From Eubacteriales bacterium (lineage in GTDB: Bacteria; Bacillota; Clostridia; Oscillospirales; CAG-272): a DNA stretch of 64,000 nt. Location: the NCBI GenBank assembly GCA_041655935.1, contig JBBAEK010000006.1, positions 3,390-67,389 of the forward strand, written 5' to 3'. The position numbers and the translations under genes are program-made. This document shows positions 43,794 through 53,528 of this stretch, one piece after another (position 1 is the stretch's first letter; every line of letters begins with the position of its first letter). Under the pieces are notes generated by a model. It was not told the origin of the DNA. It saw only the letters and a list, made by a program, of their open reading frames with translations, and searched no databases.

Positions 43794-45059
43794 CTAAAAC
43801 CTCCCCATAAACTCCTGCATATCCACCACCTGACCGCTCAGACGGGACTCCTCGGCGGCAAAGGCAATCATGTGGTTGCGGGTGGCGGTAGAGATATCGC
43901 AAAGCGAATCCCTGTAGGGGGAGTGCTTGTCCCCGAGGGTGGCGAGTGCCCGCACGATCCCCCCGTCACCGCCGCCATGCCCGCCCACAATGCTCTGGTC
44001 GGAAAGTGCCTCACTGATGATGATTTTCTCCACAGCCCCACTCGAGAAACGAAAGAGCGAGACAAAGTCATCCCCCATATCCGCCATGATCTCCCCTTTG
44101 GTCCCCATGATGCGGATGGTCCGGGAGCCCTGGTTGAATGCGCACATGGAGAAGGTCGCCGTCGCCCGATTCTCAAACTCAAGGTTCACCACCTGGTGGT
44201 CCACCACATTGTTGTCGCACTGATAGACGCATCTGCCGTAGTTTGTCGTGCGGATCGCCCTCTCCACATCCGCATCGGTGGGCCGGATACGCTTGGTCGC
44301 GGCACACCTGAACCAGTTGCTTTTGCTGTGCAGGTACAGCTTCACGGCATTATACACACAGCTCTCCCCCACCGGGCAGCCCTCAATACAAAACTCCGGC
44401 GCACCTGCCGGCGCATTGTCACGGGTGAAGTGGGACAGTGTGCCGAAGCTCTGCACCTTGGTGCACGCCTCGCCCATAAGCCACTGCAAAATATCCATGT
44501 CATGGCAGGACTTGGCGAGAATCATCGGCGCCGAGCGGTCGCTGTTCCCCCAGTTCCCCCGCACATAGCTGTGGCTTTGGTGGAGATGGCCGACACCCTC
44601 GTTGTGCTGAATATTGACGACCTGCCCCACCTCCCCGTCATCAATCAGCTTTTTCAGCAGCCGGAAGAAGGGCGTGTAGCGCAGTACGTGACACACCAGC
44701 ACAAATCTCCCGTGCGCCTGTGCCGTTTGCTCGATCAGCACGCACTCCTCGGGCGTGGGGGCGGTCGGCTTTTCTAACAGCAGGTCATATCCTGCCTTCA
44801 TGGCAGCCAGCGCGGGCGCGGTGTGCTCCCTGTCCATGGTGGCGACAATGCAAACGTCCGCGATTTTCCCCAGCGCCAGCAGCCCCTCCCAGCTCTCAAA
44901 GCACCGCTCGTCCGGAATCCGATGCTTCTCTTGCACATACAGCCGCCGCTCCTCTATCGGCTCAGCGACCGCCACCACTTGGAAGTCAGTCTGCTCTGCC
45001 ATGAGGTTGGTGTACCCCTGACCGCGAATCCCGGCCCCGATTAAAATGACTTTTTTCAA
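43794..45059 (-). CDS. Gfo/Idh/MocA-family NAD(P)-dependent oxidoreductase
   Basis: The Rossmann start is KKVILIGAGIRGQGY and the EKP motif is LLEKPTAPT. The likely start is the TTG at 45059, which lies 6 nt after GAGGAGGAAG. The ORF-track start at 45101 lacks an RBS. Confidence 0.85.
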   Translation of the reverse strand: MKKVILIGAGIRGQGYTNLMAEQTDFQVVAVAEPIEERRLYVQEKHRIPDERCFESWEGLLALGKIADVCIVATMDREHTAPALAAMKAGYDLLLEKPTAPTPEECVLIEQTAQAHGRFVLVCHVLRYTPFFRLLKKLIDDGEVGQVVNIQHNEGVGHLHQSHSYVRGNWGNSDRSAPMILAKSCHDMDILQWLMGEACTKVQSFGTLSHFTRDNAPAGAPEFCIEGCPVGESCVYNAVKLYLHSKSNWFRCAATKRIRPTDADVERAIRTTNYGRCVYQCDNNVVDHQVVNLEFENRATATFSMCAFNQGSRTIRIMGTKGEIMADMGDDFVSLFRFSSGAVEKIIISEALSDQSIVGGHGGGDGGIVRALATLGDKHSPYRDSLCDISTATRNHMIAFAAEESRLSGQVVDMQEFMGRF

Positions 45060-45121
45060 GTTTTCTTCCTCCTCTCTCCGTGACCTATTATGATGAAGCA
45101 TACCTTATGCGCCGCCGCTTG

Positions 45122-45955
45122 TCAAGAGCTTTGCGAGAAGTTTTCTCCCTCCCCGGTGTCAGGCTGCAACACCGGGGAAAGACTCTCCTTGCGCCTTGTT
45201 TCCTGCTGTTTTTTCCACTCTCCCGGTGTCATACCGGTCGCCATCTTAAACGCCTTTCCGAAATGATAGACATCATGATATCCGAGCATCAAAGCAATCC
45301 CTTCCTGCCGATCAAAATCAAAGAGCAACATATCTTTGGCTTTTTCAATCCGCAAATGATTCCGATATCGCATGGGGGACACGCCGTATTTTTTGGTAAA
45401 GAGCTTTCGAAAGTACACCTCGCTCACCCCCAACACCCGGGCCAGCTGCTCATTCGTCACCGCCTCCGCCATGTGCTCCGCCATATAGGACAAAACAGCA
45501 TCCAAGGCATCCGAAAGAGTGGCAGCGTGATGACTCTTTTGTTCTTCCGCCAGCAAGTACAGAATGGCATAGAAATCCCGCATATTCTCCATTTCATAGG
45601 AAGAGGATTTCAACAGACTTCGCTTTTCCATTTGATCAATGAGCTCATGAATTTTGCCCATCTGACGGCAAGGAAGCGCGGCAATCTCTTTCGGAAGCGC
45701 CTCCAAGGTATCGAATTCAATCGAAGAAAATCTGCCCGGAGAAAGGCACTTCCAGTGATAACCGGAGCCTTTCGGCAGGAAAATCGGGTTCGCATGGTTC
45801 GAGCGCACTCGTCTTGATCCCTGGGTATATTCCGTTTCACCTTCCCACTTAAAGAGGAGGGCAGAGGCATATCGGTTCTGAGTTCCCCCCTCTCTCCCCA
45901 CATGATTATATGCTGTGGTGATGACATGAATGTTGGTGACGGTCATCGTTTTCAT
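45122..45955 (-). CDS. AraC-family transcriptional regulator
   Basis: The C-terminal double HTH reads VTNEQLARVLGVSEVYFRKLFTKKYGVSPMRYRNHLRIEKAKDML...GYHDVYHFGKAFKMATGMTPGEW. I trimmed the start to MKTMTVT (ATG at 45955). Confidence 0.85.
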   Translation of the reverse strand: MKTMTVTNIHVITTAYNHVGREGGTQNRYASALLFKWEGETEYTQGSRRVRSNHANPIFLPKGSGYHWKCLSPGRFSSIEFDTLEALPKEIAALPCRQMGKIHELIDQMEKRSLLKSSSYEMENMRDFYAILYLLAEEQKSHHAATLSDALDAVLSYMAEHMAEAVTNEQLARVLGVSEVYFRKLFTKKYGVSPMRYRNHLRIEKAKDMLLFDFDRQEGIALMLGYHDVYHFGKAFKMATGMTPGEWKKQQETRRKESLSPVLQPDTGEGENFSQSS

Positions 45956-46096
45956 AGGAGCACCTTCCCAAAACAATCTTTTATTTATAGTATCATAATT
46001 TACAAAAAGTATCAAGATTTCCATTGAAAAAAATGCGCCGCTGAGTAGACTGGTGGCAAGAAGATACCCTGAGCCTTTTTACAGGGAGGGACAACC

Positions 46097-46936
46097 ATGA
46101 AAAACCGTTCATTGCTGCAACAGCCGCCGCCGATCTGCATTGCCAGCATCAGACAGCCCACCAAAGATCTTGCCATCTCCAATATCTTGAACGCCCAAGC
46201 ACACGGCGCCCGGGGTATCAACCTGCACCTGTCTTTTCTTGATGAACAGTACCAAAATTACGACTCTATCAAAGAAATCATTTCTTATACCACCGTGTCC
46301 GCCGCCATCCTCAACTACTCTGTCAAACTGGATGGCAGTGTGATGAGTTGGTCCGACGAAGAACGCCTCGCCCTCTCTATGGAAGGACTGCGGGCGGGCG
46401 GCGACGTGATTGACATTCAAGGCTATTCTTTTGACCCCGACGCAAAAGCATTTTATACAAAGGAAAATCCGTTTGCCTCCGGCTATTCTTTTCTCGACGC
46501 ACACCCCAAAGAGGTCACCCTGTCTGCGCGCGCCATCGAGCAGCAATGTGCCCTCATTGAAGCGGTCCATGCCATGGGCAAAGAGGTGCTGCTCTCGACC
46601 CATGCCGGTGTGCCGCTCGATCGGGACCGGCTGACCGAGCTTTGTCTCTATCTTGAAAAACGGCACCCGGATATCATCAAAATCGTCACCTTGGCCAACA
46701 CCGAAGAGGAGATGTTCGAAACATTCCACTCCATCCGGCAACTGCAAAAAGAAATCCGGACGCCGGTGCATTTACATGCCTCCGGCAAATACGGGCCCAT
46801 GACACGCATCATCTGCCCCATTCTGGGTTCCAAATTCGTGTTTTGTAACGATGAAGTGCGTCCGGGGGTCGACTACACGCAGCCCAATCTCGCACTCTCC
46901 GTGCGCATCATGGATGCCGTCAAACAAATGTTTTAA
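46097..46936 (+). CDS. Type I 3-dehydroquinate dehydratase (AroD)-like family protein
   Basis: The protein is colinear with AroD landmarks. LSTHAGVPL aligns with the SNHDFHKTP histidine region. DIIKIVTLANT aligns with the DIPKIALMPQS catalytic lysine region. ASGKYGPMTRIICPILGSKFVFC aligns with [22 protein letters not shown]. Confidence 0.65.
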   Translation: MKNRSLLQQPPPICIASIRQPTKDLAISNILNAQAHGARGINLHLSFLDEQYQNYDSIKEIISYTTVSAAILNYSVKLDGSVMSWSDEERLALSMEGLRAGGDVIDIQGYSFDPDAKAFYTKENPFASGYSFLDAHPKEVTLSARAIEQQCALIEAVHAMGKEVLLSTHAGVPLDRDRLTELCLYLEKRHPDIIKIVTLANTEEEMFETFHSIRQLQKEIRTPVHLHASGKYGPMTRIICPILGSKFVFCNDEVRPGVDYTQPNLALSVRIMDAVKQMF

Positions 46937-46948
46937 GGGGGAACGCTC

Positions 46949-47713
46949 ATGAAACAAGTGGCTTTGATTACGGGTGCCGGCGGCTATATCGGCGGACAAA
47001 TCGCGAAAGATTTAGCCAAGGAACAAATCATTGTCGTCCTGGCAGACAGCAACCTTGAAACAGCAGAGAAAAAAGCGGCAGAGGTGCAGGCTCTCGGTTT
47101 GGAAGCGCGCGCCGTGTACTGCGATGTGACCGACTCTGCCTCTGTCAATGAAGCCGTGGCCATGACGGTCTCCGCCTACGGACGACTGGATATCGCGGTT
47201 CATGCCGCCGGCGGCAGCTCCAAAATCGCGGGCCCCCATGCGCAATACCTGCCGCTTGCGGAACAGGAAGACTATGTACTCGATCGCGTCCTGAAAGTCA
47301 ATCTGTATGGCGCGCTCTATGTGTCCCGTGCCGCCGCCAAACAAATGATCCTGCAGGGAGCAGGCGGCCGCATTGTCCACATCACCTCTGCCATCGGCAT
47401 CAATGGGCTGGTCAATAAAACCGACTATGCCGCGGCAAAAGGCGGCGTCATTGCCATGATTCGTTCCCTGGCCAAAGAGGTCGGCCCCTACGGCATCACG
47501 GTCAACGGCGTCGCGCCCGGCGCTGTCGGAAACGCCTGGGTCCCCGATGATGCCCCCGGCATGTGCACCACCAACTTTTTGGGGATTCGCGGCAGTGCCC
47601 CGGATATTTCAAGTGCCGTTCGGTTCCTGTGTTCTGCCGACGCCCGATTCATCACCGGCCAGAATATCCCGGTGGACGGCGGGCGAACCCTGTGCATGAA
47701 AGGCAGCGAATAA
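46949..47713 (+). CDS. Short-chain dehydrogenase/reductase (FabG-like SDR)
   Basis: The cofactor motif is TGAGGYIGGQIA and the catalytic motif YxxxK is YAAAKGG, with a NAAG-like HAAG upstream. Confidence 0.9.
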   Translation: MKQVALITGAGGYIGGQIAKDLAKEQIIVVLADSNLETAEKKAAEVQALGLEARAVYCDVTDSASVNEAVAMTVSAYGRLDIAVHAAGGSSKIAGPHAQYLPLAEQEDYVLDRVLKVNLYGALYVSRAAAKQMILQGAGGRIVHITSAIGINGLVNKTDYAAAKGGVIAMIRSLAKEVGPYGITVNGVAPGAVGNAWVPDDAPGMCTTNFLGIRGSAPDISSAVRFLCSADARFITGQNIPVDGGRTLCMKGSE

Positions 47714-47887
47714 CCGGCCTCCTCCTCAGAAAAATCGTACCGACCCAAAAGCATGCTTTCATAGAGTTTGTTCTTGCTTTGTTCTTCACCACAATCGGAG
47801 TTTTCTCTCCCATATTCAAAAGAAAAGTCTATACTGTCTTCACCACAAACAACTGAAAGCGCACATGGAGAAAATTCATAAAAACAA

Positions 47888-47925
47888 GAACCGCAGGTTT
47901 TCACAGGCCTGCGGGATCTTTTTTA
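47888..47925 (+). terminator. Rho-independent terminator about 180 nt downstream of the SDR gene
   Basis: CCGCAGG (47891-47897) pairs with CCTGCGG (47908-47914), and GATC plus T6 follows. Confidence 0.55.
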
Positions 47926-48128
47926 TATTTTGTGAAAATTTCTTTACCAAGTCAAAAAAACAATGATGCTATCGCGGACAAACCAAAACTTAACCCAAGT
48001 CAGTTTTGGAAAATGACAAAACAACTTGACTTTCCAGGGCTTTTGTGGCAAAATCTAAATATAAATGCAAAGTTCAAGCGTGCCTACGCAATATTTCCCG
48101 GTCTTGAGCGACGGAAAGGATGAGACTC

Positions 48129-49832
48129 ATGATCTATCGGCCGGAACATCCAAAGCCTCAGTTTGAAAGAGAACATTGGATGAATTTAAACGGAACCTGG
48201 CAGTTCGAGATAGACCGCGGCAACAGCGGCGCGGCAAGAAAGCTCTACGATGACGCCATACAACTGAAACAGACGATCACCATCCCGTTTTGCCCGCAAA
48301 GCCGGCTTTCGGGCATTGCCGACACCGATTTTATGACGTCGGTGTGGTACAAACGCACGGTGGAGCTGCCTGACCGTCAGTTGCAGGGAAAAGCGGTGCT
48401 TCACTTCGGCGCCGTCGATTACAGGGCCACCGTCTACGTCAACGGCGTCAGGTGCGGCACCCATCAGGGCGGCTATGTGTCCTTCGGTTTCGACGTCACC
48501 GAGTACCTCCGTGCCGGCGTGAACACCATCACCGTCCACGCCGAGGACAACGAACGCGACCGAATGATCCCCACCGGGAAGCAGAGCGGCGAATATGCCT
48601 CGCACGGTTGTATGTATACCAGAACCACCGGTATATGGCAGACCGTATGGCTGGAGTTTCTGCCCGAAACGCATATCACAAAAGTCAAATACTACCCCTC
48701 GTTCGAAACCGGCAACCTCGTGCTGACAGCCGACCTCTGCGGCGCGTCAACCTTTTGCGCCGAGGCGTTCTATGACGGACGGAGCATGGGAAAGGTGTCG
48801 GCCGCCTCTGCAGGAGAGCCGCTTGTCCTGACGCTTGAGCTTGCCGAAAAGCACCTGTGGGAGCTGGGCAAGGGCGGCCTGCATGACCTTGTCCTGACCT
48901 ATGGAGAGGACAAAGTCAGGAGCTATTTCGGTTTGAGAAGTATTGATTACCACGACAGGAAATTCTATTTGAACGGCCGGTCGGTTTTCCAGCGGCTGGT
49001 GCTGGACCAGGGCTTTTACCCCGACGGCATCTACACCGCCCCCTCCGATGCCGAGCTGGCGGCGGATATTGACCGTGCCGTTGCCATGGGCTTCAACGGC
49101 GCGAGACTCCACCAAAAGGTATTTGAGGAGCGTTTCCTCTATCATTGTGACCGCAAGGGCTATCTGGTCTGGGGCGAGTTTCCGAGCTGGGGACTGGACC
49201 ACTCCTATCCTGACGCCATCTACGGCATCCTCCCCGAATGGCTGGAGGTGCTCGACCGTGATTTTAACCACCCGGCCATCGTCGGCTGGTGCCCCTTCAA
49301 CGAAACATGGGATCGGGACGGAAGAAAGCAATACGATGCCCTGCTTGCGACCGTCTACAAAGCCACGAAAGCGGCCGACCCGACACGCCCGTGTATCGAC
49401 GCCAGCGGCAATTATCATGTGCTGACCGATATCTACGACGTGCACAATTATGAGCAGAACCCGGAGACCTTTGCCGAGCACTATCGGAAGCTCGCCCTTG
49501 ACGGCAGCCATACCGACCACTGCGGCCAGCGCCAGCGCTATGATAACCACCTGCCTTTCTTTGTGAGCGAGTACGGCGGGATCCGGTGGACCGACAGCCA
49601 GGACGGCTGGGGCTACGGCCGGGCACCGCAGAGCAGCCGGGATTTCTTAGCACGCCTGAAAGGCCTGACCGATGTGCTGCTGGACAACCCCGCCATGTTC
49701 GCGTTTTGCTATACACAGCTGACCGATGTCGAGCAGGAACAGAACGGACTCTACACCTATGACCGAAAAGCAAAATTCGACCCCGCGCTCATGAGACCGA
49801 TCTTTTCCCGCAAAGCGCAGGTCGAGGAATAG
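48129..49832 (+). CDS. Glycoside hydrolase family 2 enzyme
   Basis: The GH2 sugar-binding N-terminus reads LNGTWQFEIDRG. The TIM-barrel region reads GFNGARLHQKVFEERFLYHCDRKGYLVWGEFPSWG. The acid/base NE is in WCPFNETWD. I prefer the ATG at 48129 (GGAAAGGA, 8 nt, ATG) over 48120. Confidence 0.85.
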   Translation: MIYRPEHPKPQFEREHWMNLNGTWQFEIDRGNSGAARKLYDDAIQLKQTITIPFCPQSRLSGIADTDFMTSVWYKRTVELPDRQLQGKAVLHFGAVDYRATVYVNGVRCGTHQGGYVSFGFDVTEYLRAGVNTITVHAEDNERDRMIPTGKQSGEYASHGCMYTRTTGIWQTVWLEFLPETHITKVKYYPSFETGNLVLTADLCGASTFCAEAFYDGRSMGKVSAASAGEPLVLTLELAEKHLWELGKGGLHDLVLTYGEDKVRSYFGLRSIDYHDRKFYLNGRSVFQRLVLDQGFYPDGIYTAPSDAELAADIDRAVAMGFNGARLHQKVFEERFLYHCDRKGYLVWGEFPSWGLDHSYPDAIYGILPEWLEVLDRDFNHPAIVGWCPFNETWDRDGRKQYDALLATVYKATKAADPTRPCIDASGNYHVLTDIYDVHNYEQNPETFAEHYRKLALDGSHTDHCGQRQRYDNHLPFFVSEYGGIRWTDSQDGWGYGRAPQSSRDFLARLKGLTDVLLDNPAMFAFCYTQLTDVEQEQNGLYTYDRKAKFDPALMRPIFSRKAQVEE

Positions 49833-49915
49833 TCAATAGAACACCTTTCAGCCAAACATGGTTTTTTGTCTTTTCACACCAACCTCCCAGCCATGCAAAG
49901 CATCATTCCAACCAT

Positions 49916-49956
49916 ATAAAAAAGCAGCCGCGAGGTTACCCTTGCGGCTGCTTTTG
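49916..49956. terminator. Bidirectional terminator between the convergent GH2 and M3 peptidase genes
   Basis: AGCAGCCGC (49923-49931) pairs with GCGGCTGCT (49944-49952). It is flanked by AAAAAA and TTTT. Confidence 0.7.
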
Positions 49957-49999
49957 CGGTTTTCAGCCGCAGAAATGGCGGGGAAAAGAAATTCACCCC

Positions 50000-51685
50000 T
50001 TACGCCTCAAACCCTTCGATGATTTTTTCCACCTCGCCGAAAATATTCCTCAAAGCGCCCTCCTCAAAGGGAGAAACCAGGCCCGCGCCTTTCACGAGAG
50101 ACTCGAACGCCTGTGTGCCGCCTTTTTTGGAGAATTCCAGATATTTTTGCAGGGCGTTCCGGTAATTATCTTTGGACGCGATAAAAAATTCTATGGCGAC
50201 CGTTTGGGCCAGACAGTAGTCGATGTAATAAAACGGCGTTTCATAGATATGCATCTGATACTGCCAGCGCGTCCCTTCTTCCAGGTACTCGATCCCCTCA
50301 TAGCTCAAGTAGGGGCGATACTTCTTTTCAAGCGAAAGGTACGCCTCTTTTCTTTGGGCGGGCGTCATCTCGGGGTGGGCATAAACTATATGTTGAAACT
50401 CGTCCACAATCACCCCGTACGGAATGAAGGAAAGCGCGTCCATCAGGTGCTTATACCGGTACTTATCCGCATTCTCCCCGAAGAATTTTTCCATATAGCG
50501 CTCGCAGAAGAACTCCATGCCCATGGAATGACATTCGGCCGTTTCCATCCCGCCGACATTCAGCTCGATATCACCGTACCTGAAAACATGTTTGGCTGCC
50601 AGCGCGTGGCCGAATTCATGGGTGATGACATCAATATCGCCGCATCCCCCGTTAAAATTGGCCAGAATGAAGGGCTGTTGGTACTTCATAAACGTGGTGC
50701 AATATCCCCCGCCCCATTTCCCGTCACGCGGCAATACGTCAAAGGCCTCTGCCTCGATCATTTCATGCATAAACTTGCCGACATCCAAATCCATGTCGTC
50801 ATACATTTCAACGGCGGCGGCAAATATTCCGTCCACTGACAGATTCGGTTTCAGCGTTTCTCCGACACTGTAAACCTCATTGTCATAGAACATAAACCGT
50901 TCCCAGCCAAACTTCTCCGCGATGCTTTCCTTCAGCTTTTTCACGACAGGCACCAGGTCGCACGCCACGTTTTTGCGGAAGTTTGAGACCATGGGGGCGT
51001 CATAATCCATTCTCGACATCCGGTAATAGCCCAGCTCAATGAAGTTTTCATACCCCATTTTCTTGGCTATTTGATCACGGATTTTCACCAGCCTGTCATA
51101 GATGTCGTCCAGTCTGTCGGCATTTTTTGCAAGGCCCTGCCCCAATGCCTGCGCCGCATCCTTGCGGATCTTTCTGTCCGAATTCTCGAAATATCCCCGT
51201 AACACCGACAGGGGCATATCCTCGCCGTTGAAATGGAAAACCATTTCAGACATGAACTTGGAATATTCGGTGGTGATGGCGTTCTCCGTCTGCAATTCCT
51301 CAATGGTGTCCTTGCTGAAAGCTTTCTGTGCTATTTCGTAGGACTTGAATATTCTCGGATTCAGCATCTTTTCCAGTTCATTTCTGTACTTGGATGTCAG
51401 CATGATATCCGCGTATTCAACCATGATCTCTTGGAACAGTGGGGTGGCATGATCATAATAGTCTTTTTCGTTTTGATAGAACTCATCCCTTGTATTGAGT
51501 GTAAATCTGCAGTTTGACAACGATGCGGCGGTGACAAAGTCAATATAGCAACCCATGAATTTTTCCCGCGCGGCCATCACGTCACGGGCAGATTTGGCAG
51601 CCGTGACAGATTTCCTGAACTCCTCAAAAGCCTCTTTGCCTTCTTCAATGGTATAACGCACATATGGAATTTCCGATACCTTCAA
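50000..51685 (-). CDS. M3-family oligoendopeptidase (PepF-like)
   Basis: The zinc motif is ITHEFGHALAAKH. The likely start is the TTG at 51685 (LKVSEIPYVRY), which lies 6 nt after AGAGAGGTG. The in-frame upstream extension to 51976 overlaps the HTH gene region and lacks an RBS. Confidence 0.85.
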   Translation of the reverse strand: MKVSEIPYVRYTIEEGKEAFEEFRKSVTAAKSARDVMAAREKFMGCYIDFVTAASLSNCRFTLNTRDEFYQNEKDYYDHATPLFQEIMVEYADIMLTSKYRNELEKMLNPRIFKSYEIAQKAFSKDTIEELQTENAITTEYSKFMSEMVFHFNGEDMPLSVLRGYFENSDRKIRKDAAQALGQGLAKNADRLDDIYDRLVKIRDQIAKKMGYENFIELGYYRMSRMDYDAPMVSNFRKNVACDLVPVVKKLKESIAEKFGWERFMFYDNEVYSVGETLKPNLSVDGIFAAAVEMYDDMDLDVGKFMHEMIEAEAFDVLPRDGKWGGGYCTTFMKYQQPFILANFNGGCGDIDVITHEFGHALAAKHVFRYGDIELNVGGMETAECHSMGMEFFCERYMEKFFGENADKYRYKHLMDALSFIPYGVIVDEFQHIVYAHPEMTPAQRKEAYLSLEKKYRPYLSYEGIEYLEEGTRWQYQMHIYETPFYYIDYCLAQTVAIEFFIASKDNYRNALQKYLEFSKKGGTQAFESLVKGAGLVSPFEEGALRNIFGEVEKIIEGFEA

Positions 51686-51822
51686 AACAAACACCTCTCT
51701 TTGTTTTACATATAAGGGGGCTGTCCTATCCCCCTTTGAAACCACAAGAAAACTATCCCCGCGTCGCTTTCCGCAAGAGCGCTGCCTCAGGTCCCGAATC
51801 GCTTCCCCGAAAGCCCCCGTAA

Positions 51823-52026
51823 TCATTTTCCCTTCTTGCCGGGCACGGCTTCCATATCGAACATGGCAAGCGCCACATTGACTTTGTCCATGCGCACCGT
51901 TTCCTTCCCCTGCTCCAACTCCCGTATAAAGCGAAGCCCGAGCCCGGCGCGCGTGGCAAACTGTTTTTGCGTCCACCCCGCCGCCTTGCGCCGTTCCTTG
52001 ATAGATGCCGCTATCTTATTCATCAT
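51823..52026 (-). CDS. XRE-family HTH protein (HipB/Y4mF antitoxin-like), 67 aa
   Basis: The sequence is IKERRKAAGWTQKQFATRAGLGLRFIRELEQGKETVRMDKVNVALAMF. Confidence 0.75.
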   Translation of the reverse strand: MMNKIAASIKERRKAAGWTQKQFATRAGLGLRFIRELEQGKETVRMDKVNVALAMFDMEAVPGKKGK

Positions 52027-52053
52027 CTCTCACATGTATCCGTACTTACAACC

Positions 52054-52082
52054 ATATTACACCCTTTCGGGACGCTTGTCAA
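52054..52082 (-). promoter_or_regulatory. Extended -10 promoter for the HTH gene
   Basis: On the minus strand: TTGACA, a 17-nt spacer, then TGTAATAT. Confidence 0.55.
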
Positions 52083-52108
52083 GATGAATTTTCCTGACAA
52101 ACACAGTA

Positions 52109-52137
52109 TTGACAAACCCGGAATATTATTGTATAAT
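52109..52137 (+). promoter_or_regulatory. Perfect consensus sigma-A promoter for the glycine-cleavage operon
   Basis: TTGACA (52109-52114), a 17-nt spacer ending in TG, then TATAAT (52132-52137). Confidence 0.7.
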
Positions 52138-52214
52138 CTTACATAAAATCAGATGCAACCAAAAGCAGGCGTTTTGGCATAGAACACGCACTTAAAATTG
52201 AATATTTCGAGCGA

Positions 52215-52372
52215 AGAATTCGGGAGAGACCGCTGCACAGCGGCGCCGAAGGTGAATTGCGCTAAACTCTCAGGCAAAAGAACCGAATTTGGACGAAACT
52301 CTGGAAAGCCATCAAATTGGCACCGAAGAAGCAATTCCTTTGGGAAGAATCTTTCAGGTAAAAAGGCAGAGA
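52215..52372 (+). promoter_or_regulatory. Tandem glycine riboswitch
   Basis: Aptamer 1 reads CGGGAGAGACCGCTGCACAGCGGCGCCGAAGGTGAA...ACTCTCAGGCAAAAGAAC. Aptamer 2 reads CTCTGGAAAGCC...GGCACCGAAGAAGCAA...TCTTTCAGGTAAAAGGCAGAG. It sits directly upstream of gcvT. Confidence 0.85.
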
Positions 52373-52403
52373 CGCACCATTTTTCGTGTGTCCTGTCTTT
52401 TTT
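52365..52403 (+). terminator. Riboswitch expression-platform terminator
   Basis: GGCAG-A-GACGCAC pairs with GTGTGTC-CTGTC (12 bp with one bulge and one or two G-U pairs), and T6 follows. The 5' arm overlaps the 3' end of aptamer 2, consistent with a glycine-ON switch. Confidence 0.7.
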
Positions 52404-52429
52404 CTTGCAAAAACGGAGGTAGACACAGC

Positions 52430-53518
52430 ATGGATTTGAAAACGGCACTCTACGATTGGCATGTGGCCGGCGGCGGAAAGATGGTTCCGTTTGCGGGGTA
52501 CCTGCTGCCCGTCCAATACGAGACGGGCATCATCGCCGAACATATGGCGGTCCGGACAAAGGCGGGGCTTTTTGATGTGTCTCATATGGGAGAAGTGCTT
52601 TATGAAGGCAAGGACGCGCTTGTGAATCTCAACCGCCTGCTCACCAACGACTTTTCAAACATGGTATGCGGCCAGGTTCGTTACAGCCTGATGTGCAACG
52701 AGCAAGGCGGCGTGGTCGATGACCTGATTGTCTATAAATACAGTGATGTCAAGTACATGGTGGTGGTCAACGCCGCCAATCGCGCGAAAGATGTCCGCTG
52801 GATGCAGGCGCATGCGTTCGGCGAGGTCGATATTCGGGATATTTCCGATGACATGTCACAAATAGCGCTGCAGGGGCCCTTATCCACCGAAATTCTTAAA
52901 AAAATCACGGATGAGCAATCCATTCCCAAAAAGTATTATTATTTTAACGGCGACGCCAAAATCCGAGATGTCAACTGCATCATCTCCTACACCGGCTATA
53001 CCGGAGAGGTGGGCTACGAGATCTATATGCCGAGCCAGGATGCGCCTGCGATTTGGGAGCTGTTGCTGGAGGCTGGTAAAGACCTGGGCTTGCTCCCTTG
53101 CGGGCTGGGCGCGCGCGATACATTGCGGCTGGAAGCGTCGATGCCCCTGTATGGCCATGAGCTCGACGAGGATATCACGCCGTTTGAGGCAGGGCTGCAT
53201 TTTGCCGTGAAGATGGAGAAAGACGACTTTCTCGGCAAGTCGGCGCTGGAACGGCTGGGCCCGCCGAAAAGAAAACGCGTCGGGCTGACCATCACAGGGC
53301 GCGGCATTGTACGGGAACACACCGCACTCTATGTCGGCACACAGCCAGTCGGCATCACGACATCAGGCACCTACCTCCCCTACCTGGGCAAGGCGGTTGC
53401 CATGGCGCTCATAGATAATGACTTTGCTGAAATCAACACAACGGTAGAGGCGGATGTCCGCGGGCGGAGAATCACCGCCGAGGTCACCGCGCTTCCGTTT
53501 TATAAAATCAAACGATAA
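52430..53518 (+). CDS. gcvT: Glycine cleavage system aminomethyltransferase (T protein)
   Basis: The sequence is [55 protein letters not shown]. The ATG at 52430 follows ACGGAGG. Confidence 0.95.
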   Translation: MDLKTALYDWHVAGGGKMVPFAGYLLPVQYETGIIAEHMAVRTKAGLFDVSHMGEVLYEGKDALVNLNRLLTNDFSNMVCGQVRYSLMCNEQGGVVDDLIVYKYSDVKYMVVVNAANRAKDVRWMQAHAFGEVDIRDISDDMSQIALQGPLSTEILKKITDEQSIPKKYYYFNGDAKIRDVNCIISYTGYTGEVGYEIYMPSQDAPAIWELLLEAGKDLGLLPCGLGARDTLRLEASMPLYGHELDEDITPFEAGLHFAVKMEKDDFLGKSALERLGPPKRKRVGLTITGRGIVREHTALYVGTQPVGITTSGTYLPYLGKAVAMALIDNDFAEINTTVEADVRGRRITAEVTALPFYKIKR

Positions 53519-53528
53519 GGGAGACAAA

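Noticed and set aside
43740-44777. A 345-aa plus-strand ORF. The 310-aa ORF at 25167-26099 is a similar case.
   Set aside because: They are antisense to the well-supported Gfo/Idh/MocA gene and to the DUF4364/SBP genes respectively. Neither has an RBS or a recognisable domain.
47488-47904. A 138-aa minus-strand ORF starting in the SDR-GH2 spacer (MKTCGSCFYEF...).
   Set aside because: It has to read 225 nt antisense into the SDR gene to find a stop, and its start overlaps the plus-strand terminator hairpin. It has no SD. A short Cys-rich peptide cannot be excluded but is unsupported.
51686-51976. An N-terminal 97-codon extension of the M3 peptidase ORF.
   Set aside because: The extension overlaps the HTH gene, lacks an RBS and has no similarity to M3 N-termini. 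The TTG at 51685 has a strong SD and gives the usual MKxSEIPY-type start.
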